Below are positions 1 to 8,866 of a stretch of 64,000 nt of DNA, piece by piece. Positions within the stretch are counted from its first letter, which is position 1. Each line of letters begins with the position of its first letter. Source of the DNA: Escherichia phage vB_EcoM-ZQ1; sequence record MW650886.1, one strand, 5' to 3'. A model generated the notes under the pieces. It was not told the origin of the DNA, made no database searches, and worked only from the letters and a program-made list of their open reading frames with translations. Made by a program: the position numbers and the translations under genes.

Positions 1-502
1 TCGTTAGTAAGTCTACACCCATAACCTTCTGGGACAAAATGTTAACCGCCTCTTGGATGCTCTTCAGGGACATTGTCTCAACAAGTGACGATGCGTCATT
101 ATGCCGGTCGGTTAGGTACATATTGCGCAGATTGTTGTAGTTCGTGCGGTTGATGCACGCAGTGTTCAGTGCTATATTCAGGATATACATCATCTGTTCA
201 ATGGTTATATCCTTTGGTATAGCGTGGATGTAATAGATCGAGCCTTCAAAATAGACGTCTACCAGTTCATCTGGTATCTTGGCCCCACCACCGGCATAAT
301 CTTCGATCATCCTGAACAGAGACTCTGGTTGCTCGCTGGCGATCTTATGCGTAACAGTCGCCGAAAGACCGTCGCCCGGTTTAACAGGCCTGGTGTATTC
401 GGTAAGGAATACATTATGTCCGCCGCCGATGATGTGCTCGGCGAATTTGGAGGATGCCTGAGCAGCGTTCTCCGCATGGTATGAAACGACGACTGTAAAC
501 AT
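1..502 (-). CDS. hypothetical protein, 5' part only; gene runs off the window start
   Basis: Hand-translated open minus-strand frame from ATG at 502-500 (MFTVVVSYHAENAAQ...) with no stop before position 1; TAATG overlap with the stop of the upstream gene. Not in the ORF track because no stop lies in the window. Confidence 0.45.
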   Translation of the reverse strand, partial: MFTVVVSYHAENAAQASSKFAEHIIGGGHNVFLTEYTRPVKPGDGLSATVTHKIASEQPESLFRMIEDYAGGGAKIPDELVDVYFEGSIYYIHAIPKDITIEQMMYILNIALNTACINRTNYNNLRNMYLTDRHNDASSLVETMSLKSIQEAVNILSQKVMGVDLLT

Positions 503-1056
503 TAGAACTCCAGGGTCAGAGGGGTTTCTGCGGACTTGTCGTAATCCGCACCACCAGAAGCACGCAGACGATTGCGATCGTTCTTGCGTTTGTGTGCCAG
601 TATGTAAGTCTCAATGTCGATCTCCATATAAGAACACGCAGACGACAGGAAGAACATGAGAGTCTCAACGCAAGGATCGTTCATGAATTGCCCAAGGCGG
701 TACGTAACATTGCGATGCCCTACAACACCCAAAGCAGATGGGGTGAATTCGCGATTACTAAGGACTTCAAATTCTTCTTCGATCTCACCTTTGGTGCGGT
801 CCACAAGGATGAAGCACAACATGAAGTGTACCACGTCCACCAGCTCATAAACTGCGTTCGTATGGTCAAACCCGATGTCGTTGCCATAGACCTTCCAGTC
901 ACGGGTGGTTTCATCAAGGAACTCTGCCCACTCACGATAGATAGAGTTGATGACTGCGTTCTGACTCCATACATTCTTCCACTCTTCCCCAAAGTAGGCC
1001 ACGTTAGTGGCCTTTTGGAGTTCGAGCAGGCTTTTGATATGTCCTGCTGTGATCAT
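502..1056 (-). CDS. all-alpha NTP pyrophosphatase, dCTPase/dUTPase-like (T4 gp56-like)
   Basis: 184 aa; YELVDVVHFML resembles the ELVDIFHFVL motif recalled for T4 dCTPase; ATGA overlap with the dNMP kinase gene upstream. Confidence 0.5.
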   Translation of the reverse strand: MITAGHIKSLLELQKATNVAYFGEEWKNVWSQNAVINSIYREWAEFLDETTRDWKVYGNDIGFDHTNAVYELVDVVHFMLCFILVDRTKGEIEEEFEVLSNREFTPSALGVVGHRNVTYRLGQFMNDPCVETLMFFLSSACSYMEIDIETYILAHKRKNDRNRLRASGGADYDKSAETPLTLEF

Positions 1057-1622
1057 TTACGTTCTCCGTAGAATTTAACGAACGGTTCCCAACCATCAAA
1101 TGGATTGAGGAATTCGTAGTCCACTTTCATTTGGTCAATGAAAGCCTCTATATCGTCCTCTATGATACCAGCACGGTCGGCCTTTGAAATACGGGTGATA
1201 GGGCATTTCGTACTCAGCGCCCATTCATATTCCTGAGGGGTACGCAGATCACTCACGATATAATGGACGTGGGGGTTCTGCTCTACCAGAGGAAGCTGGA
1301 AGCGCTTGAAGAATGCCAGGAACAGATCGGGTTGTACGTAACGCAAGCCCGTATCGCTGCCTAGATGAAGCCAGATCTGCCGTGGAGTTAAGCCCTTGGG
1401 ATTATCAGGGTGCACGTAAGGAACGTCCTTCACGGCATCCTCTACCTCCGCTGGGAGCCATGGGTAGATGTAGTTGGCTACACGGCGCAGTTCATCAGAG
1501 AAAGAAAGGCGCTGTATGTCCATATCACCCTGTAAGTGGTGGTAACTGATCAGGGACTCCAAACAGAAGTCCTTACCGGAGCGCTTGCGCCCCGTAAAGA
1601 ATTCAAGATTTGGGTACATCAT
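1053..1622 (-). CDS. deoxynucleoside monophosphate kinase (T4 gp1-like)
   Basis: 189 aa; N-terminal FFTGRKRSGKDF P-loop matches T4 gp1 FLSGVKRSGKDT; YIVSDLRTPQEYEWA resembles YIVPDTRQDHEMDAA; start overlaps the stop of the next gene. Confidence 0.7.
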   Translation of the reverse strand: MMYPNLEFFTGRKRSGKDFCLESLISYHHLQGDMDIQRLSFSDELRRVANYIYPWLPAEVEDAVKDVPYVHPDNPKGLTPRQIWLHLGSDTGLRYVQPDLFLAFFKRFQLPLVEQNPHVHYIVSDLRTPQEYEWALSTKCPITRISKADRAGIIEDDIEAFIDQMKVDYEFLNPFDGWEPFVKFYGERK

Positions 1623-2665
1623 ACTACACCTTCCAGGAACTTAGGATCAATGATCTTGCGGTCAACCGGGGAATGGGTGAGCGCGGTGTTCAAGCCATGA
1701 TCCTGAATCAGGTCCAGGTTAATGAGCTTTTCGTTCAGTTTACAGTGCAGACAGTACGCCATCTGTACAATCAGGCCGCGATCCGCATCGTATTCCTTCA
1801 GGTGAGCAACCACAGTTTCCCACGGGCTACCGATATCACAGTGATGAAGCACACCAGTGAACAGATTGCGGATATGGTTCTGGTTGGTCACGTTCGTGAA
1901 GTGAATCATGGAGTTGATGAACCCAGCTTCTACTTTGGTGTCCTTCGTGATCTTTCCCAGCTGCTTCTGGCTGACTTCATTGTTGTAGTAATGAAGATTG
2001 TTAGAGAATAGCTTGTACTGACCGACATCAACATCCAGCACCCGAGCAATCACTTCCTGAAGAATAGAGAACTCAATGAAGTTAATTGAACTCATCCCCC
2101 ACAGAACATCCTGTGAGCGGTTGATGACCGTCAGGTTCAGACGACCTTCAACGATGGCGAACAACAGAGCCAGGTTACACACCATGTCCTTAGTCTTTGC
2201 TTCGCCGCTCTCGCTGAACTTCGCCAGACCAGCATCCGAATCTAGAGCCGGGTCATAGATGGTGAGGTACGCCTGGCGAGTGTTTGGGTTCTTGCGCAGG
2301 CGGTTGATAACGCTATCCAGCTGGCCATGGGCGTACAGACGCGGACCATAAGCAGCTCGCCATGTTACCCCATCATCCGAAAAGTTAGCAGCGCGAGGCA
2401 ATACGCGTGACAGGAACTTTATGTCGTTGCGACCTGACAACACCCAGAAGGTCTCGCCGATGGCAGCGATAGCCGATGAGTTGCGACCTTCAACGGAGAG
2501 CCAGCGGTCACGAATATCGGAAACAGTGATCGTCACACCATCAAGGAAGCGGGTGCTATCAGTATTGATTTCAGCATTACCAGGATCAGATTCGATCCCG
2601 AATTCACGGATAGCCAAGACAGCCTGCTTCAGCATGTCATTGTTGTTAATTGCTTTGATTTCCAT
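1619..2665 (-). CDS. thymidylate synthase family protein (possible deoxypyrimidine hydroxymethylase)
   Basis: 348 aa; core aligns to ThyA (VCNLALLF..RSQDVLWGMSSINFIEFSILQEV..SNNLHYYNNE versus [43 protein letters not shown]) with about 100 extra C-terminal residues; coupled to the flanking kinase genes. Confidence 0.6.
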   Translation of the reverse strand: MEIKAINNNDMLKQAVLAIREFGIESDPGNAEINTDSTRFLDGVTITVSDIRDRWLSVEGRNSSAIAAIGETFWVLSGRNDIKFLSRVLPRAANFSDDGVTWRAAYGPRLYAHGQLDSVINRLRKNPNTRQAYLTIYDPALDSDAGLAKFSESGEAKTKDMVCNLALLFAIVEGRLNLTVINRSQDVLWGMSSINFIEFSILQEVIARVLDVDVGQYKLFSNNLHYYNNEVSQKQLGKITKDTKVEAGFINSMIHFTNVTNQNHIRNLFTGVLHHCDIGSPWETVVAHLKEYDADRGLIVQMAYCLHCKLNEKLINLDLIQDHGLNTALTHSPVDRKIIDPKFLEGVV

Positions 2666-3324
2666 CAGATACTCCCAAAATCACGACAGAGGAATGCCAT
2701 CACAGCCTGGTCTACTGTTAGGCCGTGAGACTTCATCATACCCGCAGCCACCGTAGGGAACAAGTCTTTATGTCGTTGACGATGGTCATGAACTCTCTCC
2801 CACTTCTCGACCACCAGACTTTCATTGAAGTCCACACCGCCGTTACGTGATTTAACACGAGCGATACACGTTTCAAGAGGAGTGTCCATAAAGAGCACAA
2901 CCAATTCACGTGGTGGGCGTGTCAGACGGGGGATCCAAGAACTCAATAATGTGGATGGAATGATACCTTCGAAAATCACATCATATTTCAAGTATTCTGG
3001 TTGGTCAGCAATAGACAACGCGAACAACATCTGCTCAGTGTCCTTCAGGGAATCAACCCCCTTGGACTTCGACTTGTCATATTTACCGATACAGACCACG
3101 TTGAACGAAGGACAGACAGTCAGCATGACCTTGCCGTTATGGGTCACGACATACGCCTGAGGATCCCTCTCCGCCAGCTGAGACGGCACAGTGGATTTAC
3201 CGCTACCATTGGAGCCTTTGACGTAGTAGATTTGCCCTCGTGCTGGGTAGATCCCCTTTACGACGGGTGGTTTAAAGAATGTGTGGACGGGGCGCTTCAT
3301 CAGCCCCTTCAGGGAGTAGGACAT
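2665..3324 (-). CDS. P-loop kinase (nucleotide or DNA-base kinase candidate)
   Basis: Walker A GSNGSGKST; ATG re-set to MSYSLKG because the listed first codon is TTG and an SD (GGAG) precedes the ATG; its stop overlaps the TS-family gene start. Confidence 0.5.
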   Translation of the reverse strand: MSYSLKGLMKRPVHTFFKPPVVKGIYPARGQIYYVKGSNGSGKSTVPSQLAERDPQAYVVTHNGKVMLTVCPSFNVVCIGKYDKSKSKGVDSLKDTEQMLFALSIADQPEYLKYDVIFEGIIPSTLLSSWIPRLTRPPRELVVLFMDTPLETCIARVKSRNGGVDFNESLVVEKWERVHDHRQRHKDLFPTVAAGMMKSHGLTVDQAVMAFLCRDFGSI

Positions 3325-3333
3325 AAACTGCTC

Positions 3334-3368
3334 CAATAAACAAAAGGAGCTGCTATTATAGCAGCCCC
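3334..3368 (-). terminator. intrinsic terminator
   Basis: GCTGCTA-TTA-TAGCAGC hairpin followed on the minus strand by TTTTGTTTATT. Confidence 0.5.
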
Positions 3369-3399
3369 TTCATCTATTGAACAGTTTCTGAACTTAAAT

Positions 3400-4236
3400 T
3401 TACACAGCTTTCGCTTCAGCCAGAGCCTGTGGAAGCCATTCATTGATCGCCTTAACCAGAGACTCAGCATCAGACTCTTTGATCTTCTGACGTTTGGTGA
3501 AGGACTTGCCGTTCACATACAGACTGAAGCCCCAGCCACCGGAAACGATAGGCGCAACGTCGACATACGTATTGGTGCGGGCGTGAAGGTTTTCAGGGTT
3601 AGCCAGTTCGGTGACCGGGAACTGGAACCAACGCATGTCTGGGTTCACGTAGCTCAGGAACACGCTGGGAACAACACCAGCTTCAATCGCCGCCAAGACC
3701 GGACCGTGATCAGAAGCGCGAGCCACGTCAACCATTTCCTCACGTTTGGTGTGACGGCGTTTACGCTCTACCAGCGCCGCCTGCGGGGTCAGGGTCTTAC
3801 CCTTCGATGCTTCTTTCAACATAGAAGACGCCAAGGAACCGATTTTCGCGTCGGACGGCTGATTGCCTTCTTCCAGCGCCGCGTTGACTGCATCTTCAAC
3901 CGCGTCTACCGGGGCGTCGGACACTGAGGCTTCACATGCATCGGCAGAGATCGGTGCTTCAGCATCAATAGTTTCAGCGACTTTCAGGGATACTTCAGCT
4001 TGGGCTTGCTCTTGGGCTTGCGCCAGAGCCTGCTGAGTTTCTTCCTTCTCTTCGGCGCTCAGACCTTCAATCAGTTCGAAGCCGTTGGCAGCCTGAAGAA
4101 CACCTTCAACCATACGGCGCAGGGTAACGTTTCCGATGATCAGACCTGCTTCTTTGATTTCAGCCTGAATAGCAGCAACGTCTTTGCCTTCAATTTCAAT
4201 TTTGGTTCCAGAATCCACATGAAGAATATATGACAT
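3400..4236 (-). CDS. hypothetical protein (acidic, Ala/Glu-rich)
   Basis: 278 aa ORF with ATG and AAAGGG SD; sigma70-like promoter upstream; hairpin terminator downstream. Confidence 0.5.
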   Translation of the reverse strand: MSYILHVDSGTKIEIEGKDVAAIQAEIKEAGLIIGNVTLRRMVEGVLQAANGFELIEGLSAEEKEETQQALAQAQEQAQAEVSLKVAETIDAEAPISADACEASVSDAPVDAVEDAVNAALEEGNQPSDAKIGSLASSMLKEASKGKTLTPQAALVERKRRHTKREEMVDVARASDHGPVLAAIEAGVVPSVFLSYVNPDMRWFQFPVTELANPENLHARTNTYVDVAPIVSGGWGFSLYVNGKSFTKRQKIKESDAESLVKAINEWLPQALAEAKAV

Positions 4237-4305
4237 AATAAAAAACCCTTTCGTTATTAAGACCGTATCCGCGGCATATTGTTGTTCTGACTGTGTAGTG
4301 AGAAC

Positions 4306-4334
4306 ATAATATACTGCATTTTCATAGATGTAAA
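4306..4334 (-). promoter_or_regulatory. sigma70-like early promoter (-35 TTTACA, 17 nt, -10 TATTAT)
   Basis: Hexamers read directly on the minus strand upstream of the 3400..4236 gene. Confidence 0.4.
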
Positions 4335-4426
4335 CTACTTTTTATTGAAAAGAAAGTTAACACCTTAGTGTTATAAGGTGCGCGACCAAGCGGAGCGCGA
4401 ACTTGCGTGAATATTAACTTTCTACG

Positions 4427-4702
4427 TCAATATAGAAAAACCATTTCCGGCGGCCAACAATTTGTTAGCTCGACTTTTGCGAACCGTGGTTGGCAGTACG
4501 CATCAACCGACTCATCAAACAGACAGTGTTCTACATTTGCAATCATCAGATCATCACCCACCACTTCAACAGAATGGACAATGATCTTGTGGTCATACGT
4601 CAGGCAACCGTCTAAATGCATGTTGTCGGCGCGGAGGTGTTGCATGATGAAATACTCTATTATCGACTCAAGGACAGTCGTCAGCTTCAGATAACGTTTC
4701 AT
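4427..4702 (-). CDS. hypothetical protein
   Basis: Listed ORF starts on GTG; re-set to the ATG (MKRYLKL) preceded by GAGAGGTG. Confidence 0.4.
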   Translation of the reverse strand: MKRYLKLTTVLESIIEYFIMQHLRADNMHLDGCLTYDHKIIVHSVEVVGDDLMIANVEHCLFDESVDAYCQPRFAKVELTNCWPPEMVFLY

Positions 4703-4722
4703 ACACACCTCTCACAGTGGAG

Positions 4723-5472
4723 TTATTTGGACAGATAGAAGTTTGGAACTTCAGGGAAATGCTCTGGTAGATATTCCCCTAGAACATCCTGTTTCACCTT
4801 CCCTTCGATATCTTCGCGGATACGACGAATCACGTCTTCCTGTTGTTCTGCTGCCATCACTTCTTCCATGGCTGAGTACAAGTTTTCTAGAATGACACCT
4901 ACGTAGTTGTGGATGGCACGACAGGAGTTCTGATCATACTCCATATCCGGATGAATCGCCAGGTCGACCTGATCACGCCCTACCAGCAGATGTCCAGACA
5001 CCAGATTTATCGGGTATTTGAATACTTCACTAGATTTGACAGCAACTCCGTCGGCTTGCTTCAGCAGAAATTCGGTTTCAGAGAAGCGTTCAAGCAGTTC
5101 CGATGGGAATACCATATCGAGATTCTGACGCTTGCGACCAAAGAAGTATAGACAATGCGCCAGTTTCAGGCATGCATCGGTGGCCATCTTCATGTGTGCT
5201 TTAGCGTGTTCATAACCAGCGATCACATCACGGACATAATCGTACAGGTCGGAATGACCAAAACGGATGTCCTCTTCGAAGCGGATTGCTGTTTCACTGT
5301 CCGGTTTCACACCCAGAACATCGAAAATATTTTGTTCGCGAACGAATCTGCCGTTTCGATCGAAACCCAGAACACAACCTACTTCGAATCCACTCTTTTC
5401 AAAATTTGGGAGTTTCATATCAAGGCGAGCTGGGGTAAACTCTAACCCGAACATACGATAAATTTGTGACAT
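4723..5472 (-). CDS. hypothetical protein
   Basis: 249 aa; ATG with GAGG SD 8 nt upstream. Confidence 0.5.
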   Translation of the reverse strand: MSQIYRMFGLEFTPARLDMKLPNFEKSGFEVGCVLGFDRNGRFVREQNIFDVLGVKPDSETAIRFEEDIRFGHSDLYDYVRDVIAGYEHAKAHMKMATDACLKLAHCLYFFGRKRQNLDMVFPSELLERFSETEFLLKQADGVAVKSSEVFKYPINLVSGHLLVGRDQVDLAIHPDMEYDQNSCRAIHNYVGVILENLYSAMEEVMAAEQQEDVIRRIREDIEGKVKQDVLGEYLPEHFPEVPNFYLSK

Positions 5473-5534
5473 GTTATAGCCTCATCATTTAGGATTACCT
5501 GTTCACGAATTATCCCTCGGAACGGGTTATAGAA

Positions 5535-6239
5535 CTATTTCTTCTTATGCATACGACGTGCATCTTTCCACACAGACATCTGGCTCTGTTTCTGGAAGCG
5601 GGCAGTGCGCATGAAGAGAACGATCTCCCAGTACTGTGGCTCAATCTCGTAAAGCTGTGAACGGAACTGATCGGCGCGGTACAGCTTCACACAGTGATTG
5701 TACAGCGGATGGTTGGCGAAGCGCTTCAGGGCTTCCCAGGTGAGCTTCAGACGCGTCTTTGAGCGGTATGCCCGTTCGTTACGCAACTTGATCAGATCCT
5801 CAAACACCAACAGCCTGAGCTTCGGTGGCAGGTAGTGCATGTTGAGCCCCCAGAGGTATGTCACACCCTTCTCTCCAAAGGTGATACCATCACCCTTGAC
5901 AAAGTTGAAGAAGAACACCAGAGGGTACATATCCCAGTAGGGTAGTTCATTCTTCGTCAGAGCATCATATTTGAAATAGAACATGCGCCCGACTATATAC
6001 CGCACACCTTGTACCGGACGTTTGTGATCAGCAAACGCCTGTTTCATATGGTTGGGACTCAGGTTGGCGTCCTTAGACACACGCTCCATGAACCACACAT
6101 GCGAACGGCGGATGTTACGCTTCGCCTCTGGACCGAAGTGTTGACGGTACTTGCGGATGTAACGCTTGACCAGCTCGGGGGCGTCCATCTCGGCCGGAAA
6201 CAGCAACGGATCTTCTTCGCCAGCTGCATTCTTTGCCAT
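5535..6239 (-). CDS. hypothetical protein
   Basis: 234 aa; ATG with AGGAG SD. Confidence 0.5.
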   Translation of the reverse strand: MAKNAAGEEDPLLFPAEMDAPELVKRYIRKYRQHFGPEAKRNIRRSHVWFMERVSKDANLSPNHMKQAFADHKRPVQGVRYIVGRMFYFKYDALTKNELPYWDMYPLVFFFNFVKGDGITFGEKGVTYLWGLNMHYLPPKLRLLVFEDLIKLRNERAYRSKTRLKLTWEALKRFANHPLYNHCVKLYRADQFRSQLYEIEPQYWEIVLFMRTARFQKQSQMSVWKDARRMHKKK

Positions 6240-6250
6240 TTGTCAACTCC

Positions 6251-6258
6251 TATAAATA
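6251..6258 (+). promoter_or_regulatory. T4-type late promoter motif TATAAATA
   Basis: Exact TATAAATA 34 nt upstream of the start of the 6293 gene; gp55 is encoded in this window. Confidence 0.5.
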
Positions 6259-6292
6259 ATAACAGTTATTTTATTTAAGTGGAGTCCTCACC

Positions 6293-7237
6293 GTGGAAGA
6301 CTATCGCAATTTTATCACACAGATATTACAGCGGGGCTTGTCGCGCAAGAACCGCTTCAGAGTGACCATCCCTCTACCACCAGGGGTCTTTGACTCCAAC
6401 GCCACTCTGGCTAATGACGGAAAGGCGTACAGAACCAATTCATCTTTTGGTGACTTGTTTAAGCAGTCAGCCCGTATTGTAAACGCTTTCTTTGGAGGGA
6501 CAAACCAGACGTCCCGTTCCCTTCAGATGATGTGTATGGTTGCCTCATTGCCAGGGGTTGGTATCGACACCACTCCAATGACAAACAACGGTAATCACAT
6601 CAAGATGCCAAACAACAAGTCCAACGTCGACCTCGACTTGTCATTCTTATTAGCCAATGACTATTATGAGAAGTCTGTGATGGACAAGTGGAAGAGTCTG
6701 ATCTTTGATCCTCACACCACCAAAATGGGATATTACGAAGACTTCGTGACTGACATATGCATTGAACAGCTTGACACCGAAGATCAAGTGGTCCACCGCG
6801 TCTACATCGTCGAGGCTCACCCAATAAATTTCAGTTCTATTGAGCTGGATAAAGGCGCCACAGACCAGTTCAACCAGTACAACATTTCTTTCTCTTACAA
6901 CAAAGTGCTTTCGGAGACAGAATATGAAACACGCAGCCTTTCCAGCGATTTTCTTCCTCTCGGCATTGCTGACGCTCTTACCAGTGGTGACTGGGAAACT
7001 GCGGCCTCAAAAGCTGGACAGCTTTATCGCAAGGTGAAAGAAGGGAACTTCACAGGGGAGGCTCTCCTGGCTTACAAACAGCTTGACCAACTTGTAAACA
7101 ACCTGGCTGGGATAAGCATACAGGACTTCGAGCGCATCTCGGTAGGTATCTCTCGTGACATCATGGGCAACGATAACCTGACGGCGGCGGAGAAGACAAG
7201 CCTGTTGGGAATATTGCAAGACGTGATGGGAAAATAA
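6293..7237 (+). CDS. hypothetical protein, probable late gene
   Basis: 314 aa plus-strand ORF with GTG start and GGAG SD; TATAAATA late-promoter motif 34 nt upstream. Confidence 0.5.
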   Translation: MEDYRNFITQILQRGLSRKNRFRVTIPLPPGVFDSNATLANDGKAYRTNSSFGDLFKQSARIVNAFFGGTNQTSRSLQMMCMVASLPGVGIDTTPMTNNGNHIKMPNNKSNVDLDLSFLLANDYYEKSVMDKWKSLIFDPHTTKMGYYEDFVTDICIEQLDTEDQVVHRVYIVEAHPINFSSIELDKGATDQFNQYNISFSYNKVLSETEYETRSLSSDFLPLGIADALTSGDWETAASKAGQLYRKVKEGNFTGEALLAYKQLDQLVNNLAGISIQDFERISVGISRDIMGNDNLTAAEKTSLLGILQDVMGK

Positions 7238-7257
7238 AAAGCCATCCGAAGATGGCT
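7229..7257. terminator. intrinsic terminator between convergent genes (gene 32 and the 6293 gene)
   Basis: AGCCATC-CGAA-GATGGCT hairpin with a TTTTTATTTT tract on the minus strand; weaker T tract on the plus strand. Confidence 0.55.
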
Positions 7258-7263
7258 TGTTGA

Positions 7264-8274
7264 TCAGTTAGACTTGAGATACTGCTCGAATTCGTCAATG
7301 GAAGCCGTGTTTCTGGCATTCGGTTGAGCCTGAGCCTGCGACGGCGCGGCCTGTTGCTGTTTCAGGCTGTCTTGAGCAGTTGGCTGATGTGTAGTCTGGG
7401 TGCTAGGAGCATGAGCCATCGTGGCTGCACCACCTTCAACCAGAGGCTGGTCATCAGGGATTGCCAAAACTTTGCGCAGGCGCTTTTCCAGGGAGTCGTA
7501 GTCTTTGAAGTTAGCCGGATTGAAGAATTCAAACAGGCTGTGCTCGCGAGACCAGACGTCTTCCATATACGCTTCGTCATCACTCAGAGGGGCAGGGTTC
7601 TCCCACACCACCTTACTGAAGTTTGCCACCAGACCTTCCCAGTTCCCAAACTTCTTCTGCTCGCCAAAGAGCTTCAGGTTCAGGTTGGCACCTTCCCACA
7701 GATCGAACGGATCGAATTTAGGGTCGGTTGGGAACTTAGGATTCTGCGCCTGATCCAGGATTTTCTTGATGGCGTTACCAAATTCCAGCAGGAAGACCTT
7801 GCCGTTGTTTTCCGGTACGTTGACATCTTTGATCACCAGGATGTTAGCGTAGTATTTGGTGTCGGGTAGACGTTTCTTCAGGATGTCCTTCAGCTTTTCG
7901 TCGTTCGTTTCTTTCTGCTGTGTCCACAGCGGACGGTCATGGTCGCGCACCGGATCGTCGTTACCGAACGTCTGAGGTGAGTTCTCAATGTACCATCCAC
8001 CAGGTCCCTGGAACTGATGTTTCATGATCATGGCACAAGGGGTGAGGATCTGATCTTTATCGATCGTCCCTTCTTCCTGTGCCTTGAGGTCTACCAGCGG
8101 GACTGGCAGGAAGCGGATGATGTTCTCGGAGATACCATCTTTATTCCAAGTCCATTTCCAGATGCGAGGATCCTTCTGGAAACCGGACTTCTGGCCTTGC
8201 TGTGCAAGACGCGCCTGCATAGCTTCAGTTTGCTGGCCACGGGACGCTTTCAGACGATCGAATAAATTACCCAT
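7264..8274 (-). CDS. 32: single-stranded DNA-binding protein (T4 gp32-like)
   Basis: 336 aa; IRFLPVP, WYIE, YANILVIKD..PENNGKVFLLEFG and WEGANL match T4 gp32 (IRFLPS, WYIE, YIANILVVKD..PENEGKVFKYRFG, WEGANF); acidic Gln/Ala-rich C-terminus. Confidence 0.8.
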   Translation of the reverse strand: MGNLFDRLKASRGQQTEAMQARLAQQGQKSGFQKDPRIWKWTWNKDGISENIIRFLPVPLVDLKAQEEGTIDKDQILTPCAMIMKHQFQGPGGWYIENSPQTFGNDDPVRDHDRPLWTQQKETNDEKLKDILKKRLPDTKYYANILVIKDVNVPENNGKVFLLEFGNAIKKILDQAQNPKFPTDPKFDPFDLWEGANLNLKLFGEQKKFGNWEGLVANFSKVVWENPAPLSDDEAYMEDVWSREHSLFEFFNPANFKDYDSLEKRLRKVLAIPDDQPLVEGGAATMAHAPSTQTTHQPTAQDSLKQQQAAPSQAQAQPNARNTASIDEFEQYLKSN

Positions 8275-8342
8275 TTCTTGTTTTCCTATGTTTCCGCCCC
8301 TCAGGGCTATTCTGTTACATGTATTTTCAGTTTTCTACAAAG

Positions 8343-8360
8343 CGGGGTAATTATACCCCG
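8343..8360 (-). promoter_or_regulatory. 5' UTR hairpin of gene 32 (candidate translational operator structure)
   Basis: CGGGGTA-ATTA-TACCCCG hairpin followed on the mRNA by about 35 nt of AU-rich sequence before the SD. Confidence 0.4.
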
Positions 8361-8373
8361 ATCTTATATTGAA

Positions 8374-8613
8374 TTAACCTTTAAGCACTTGATTTGCTGG
8401 GTCAATTTCAATAATGTCGAACACGTCCGAAAACGTCTTCTTACCTTCGTCGTGCGTGTGATACTCAACGACATATGAGCGACCATCAGGGGTAACGTAA
8501 CGAATACGATCCGTCTGGTCGGCATTCTCGTTCAGACTACCCACACGCCAGCGCATGGAGCCAGGAAGGAACTCGGAGGCTTTCATTGCGCTGTAAATTG
8601 ATTCTTTGCTCAT
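8374..8613 (-). CDS. hypothetical protein
   Basis: 79 aa minus-strand ORF in the gene array. Confidence 0.4.
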   Translation of the reverse strand: MSKESIYSAMKASEFLPGSMRWRVGSLNENADQTDRIRYVTPDGRSYVVEYHTHDEGKKTFSDVFDIIEIDPANQVLKG

Positions 8614-8620
8614 AATAGAC

Positions 8621-8866
8621 CTACACTAATTTCTTGGACTTTAGCGCGTCTTTGATCAGGCGCGCATCGGAGCACTCAGCTGTCAATCGTGACAACAATG
8701 GTGCTGTAATCATCTTTTTGACTTTGGTCTCGTCTATGTCGTTCTCTTCACAGACAGATGCCAGAGTCTCAAGGATACTATCCTTGGTTTGGGCGGCGCG
8801 TAGTAGGACGATTTCAGAAAATAATTCTGGTGTCATCACAAGCGCTGGCTGTTTTTCGTCAGACAT
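8621..8866 (-). CDS. hypothetical protein
   Basis: 81 aa minus-strand ORF. Confidence 0.4.
   Translation of the reverse strand: MSDEKQPALVMTPELFSEIVLLRAAQTKDSILETLASVCEENDIDETKVKKMITAPLLSRLTAECSDARLIKDALKSKKLV

Noticed and set aside
224-484. 86-aa plus-strand ORF near the window start
   Set aside because: The minus strand carries an uninterrupted frame across the same region, starting with a TAATG-coupled ATG at 502; the plus ORF is more likely its antisense shadow.
592-2011. Plus-strand ORFs (592..1071, 656..850, 1313..1549, 1610..2011) overlapping the nucleotide-metabolism genes
   Set aside because: They lie antisense within minus-strand genes that have clear homology (dCTPase-like, dNMP kinase, TS-family) and no SD; judged to be antisense-frame artefacts.
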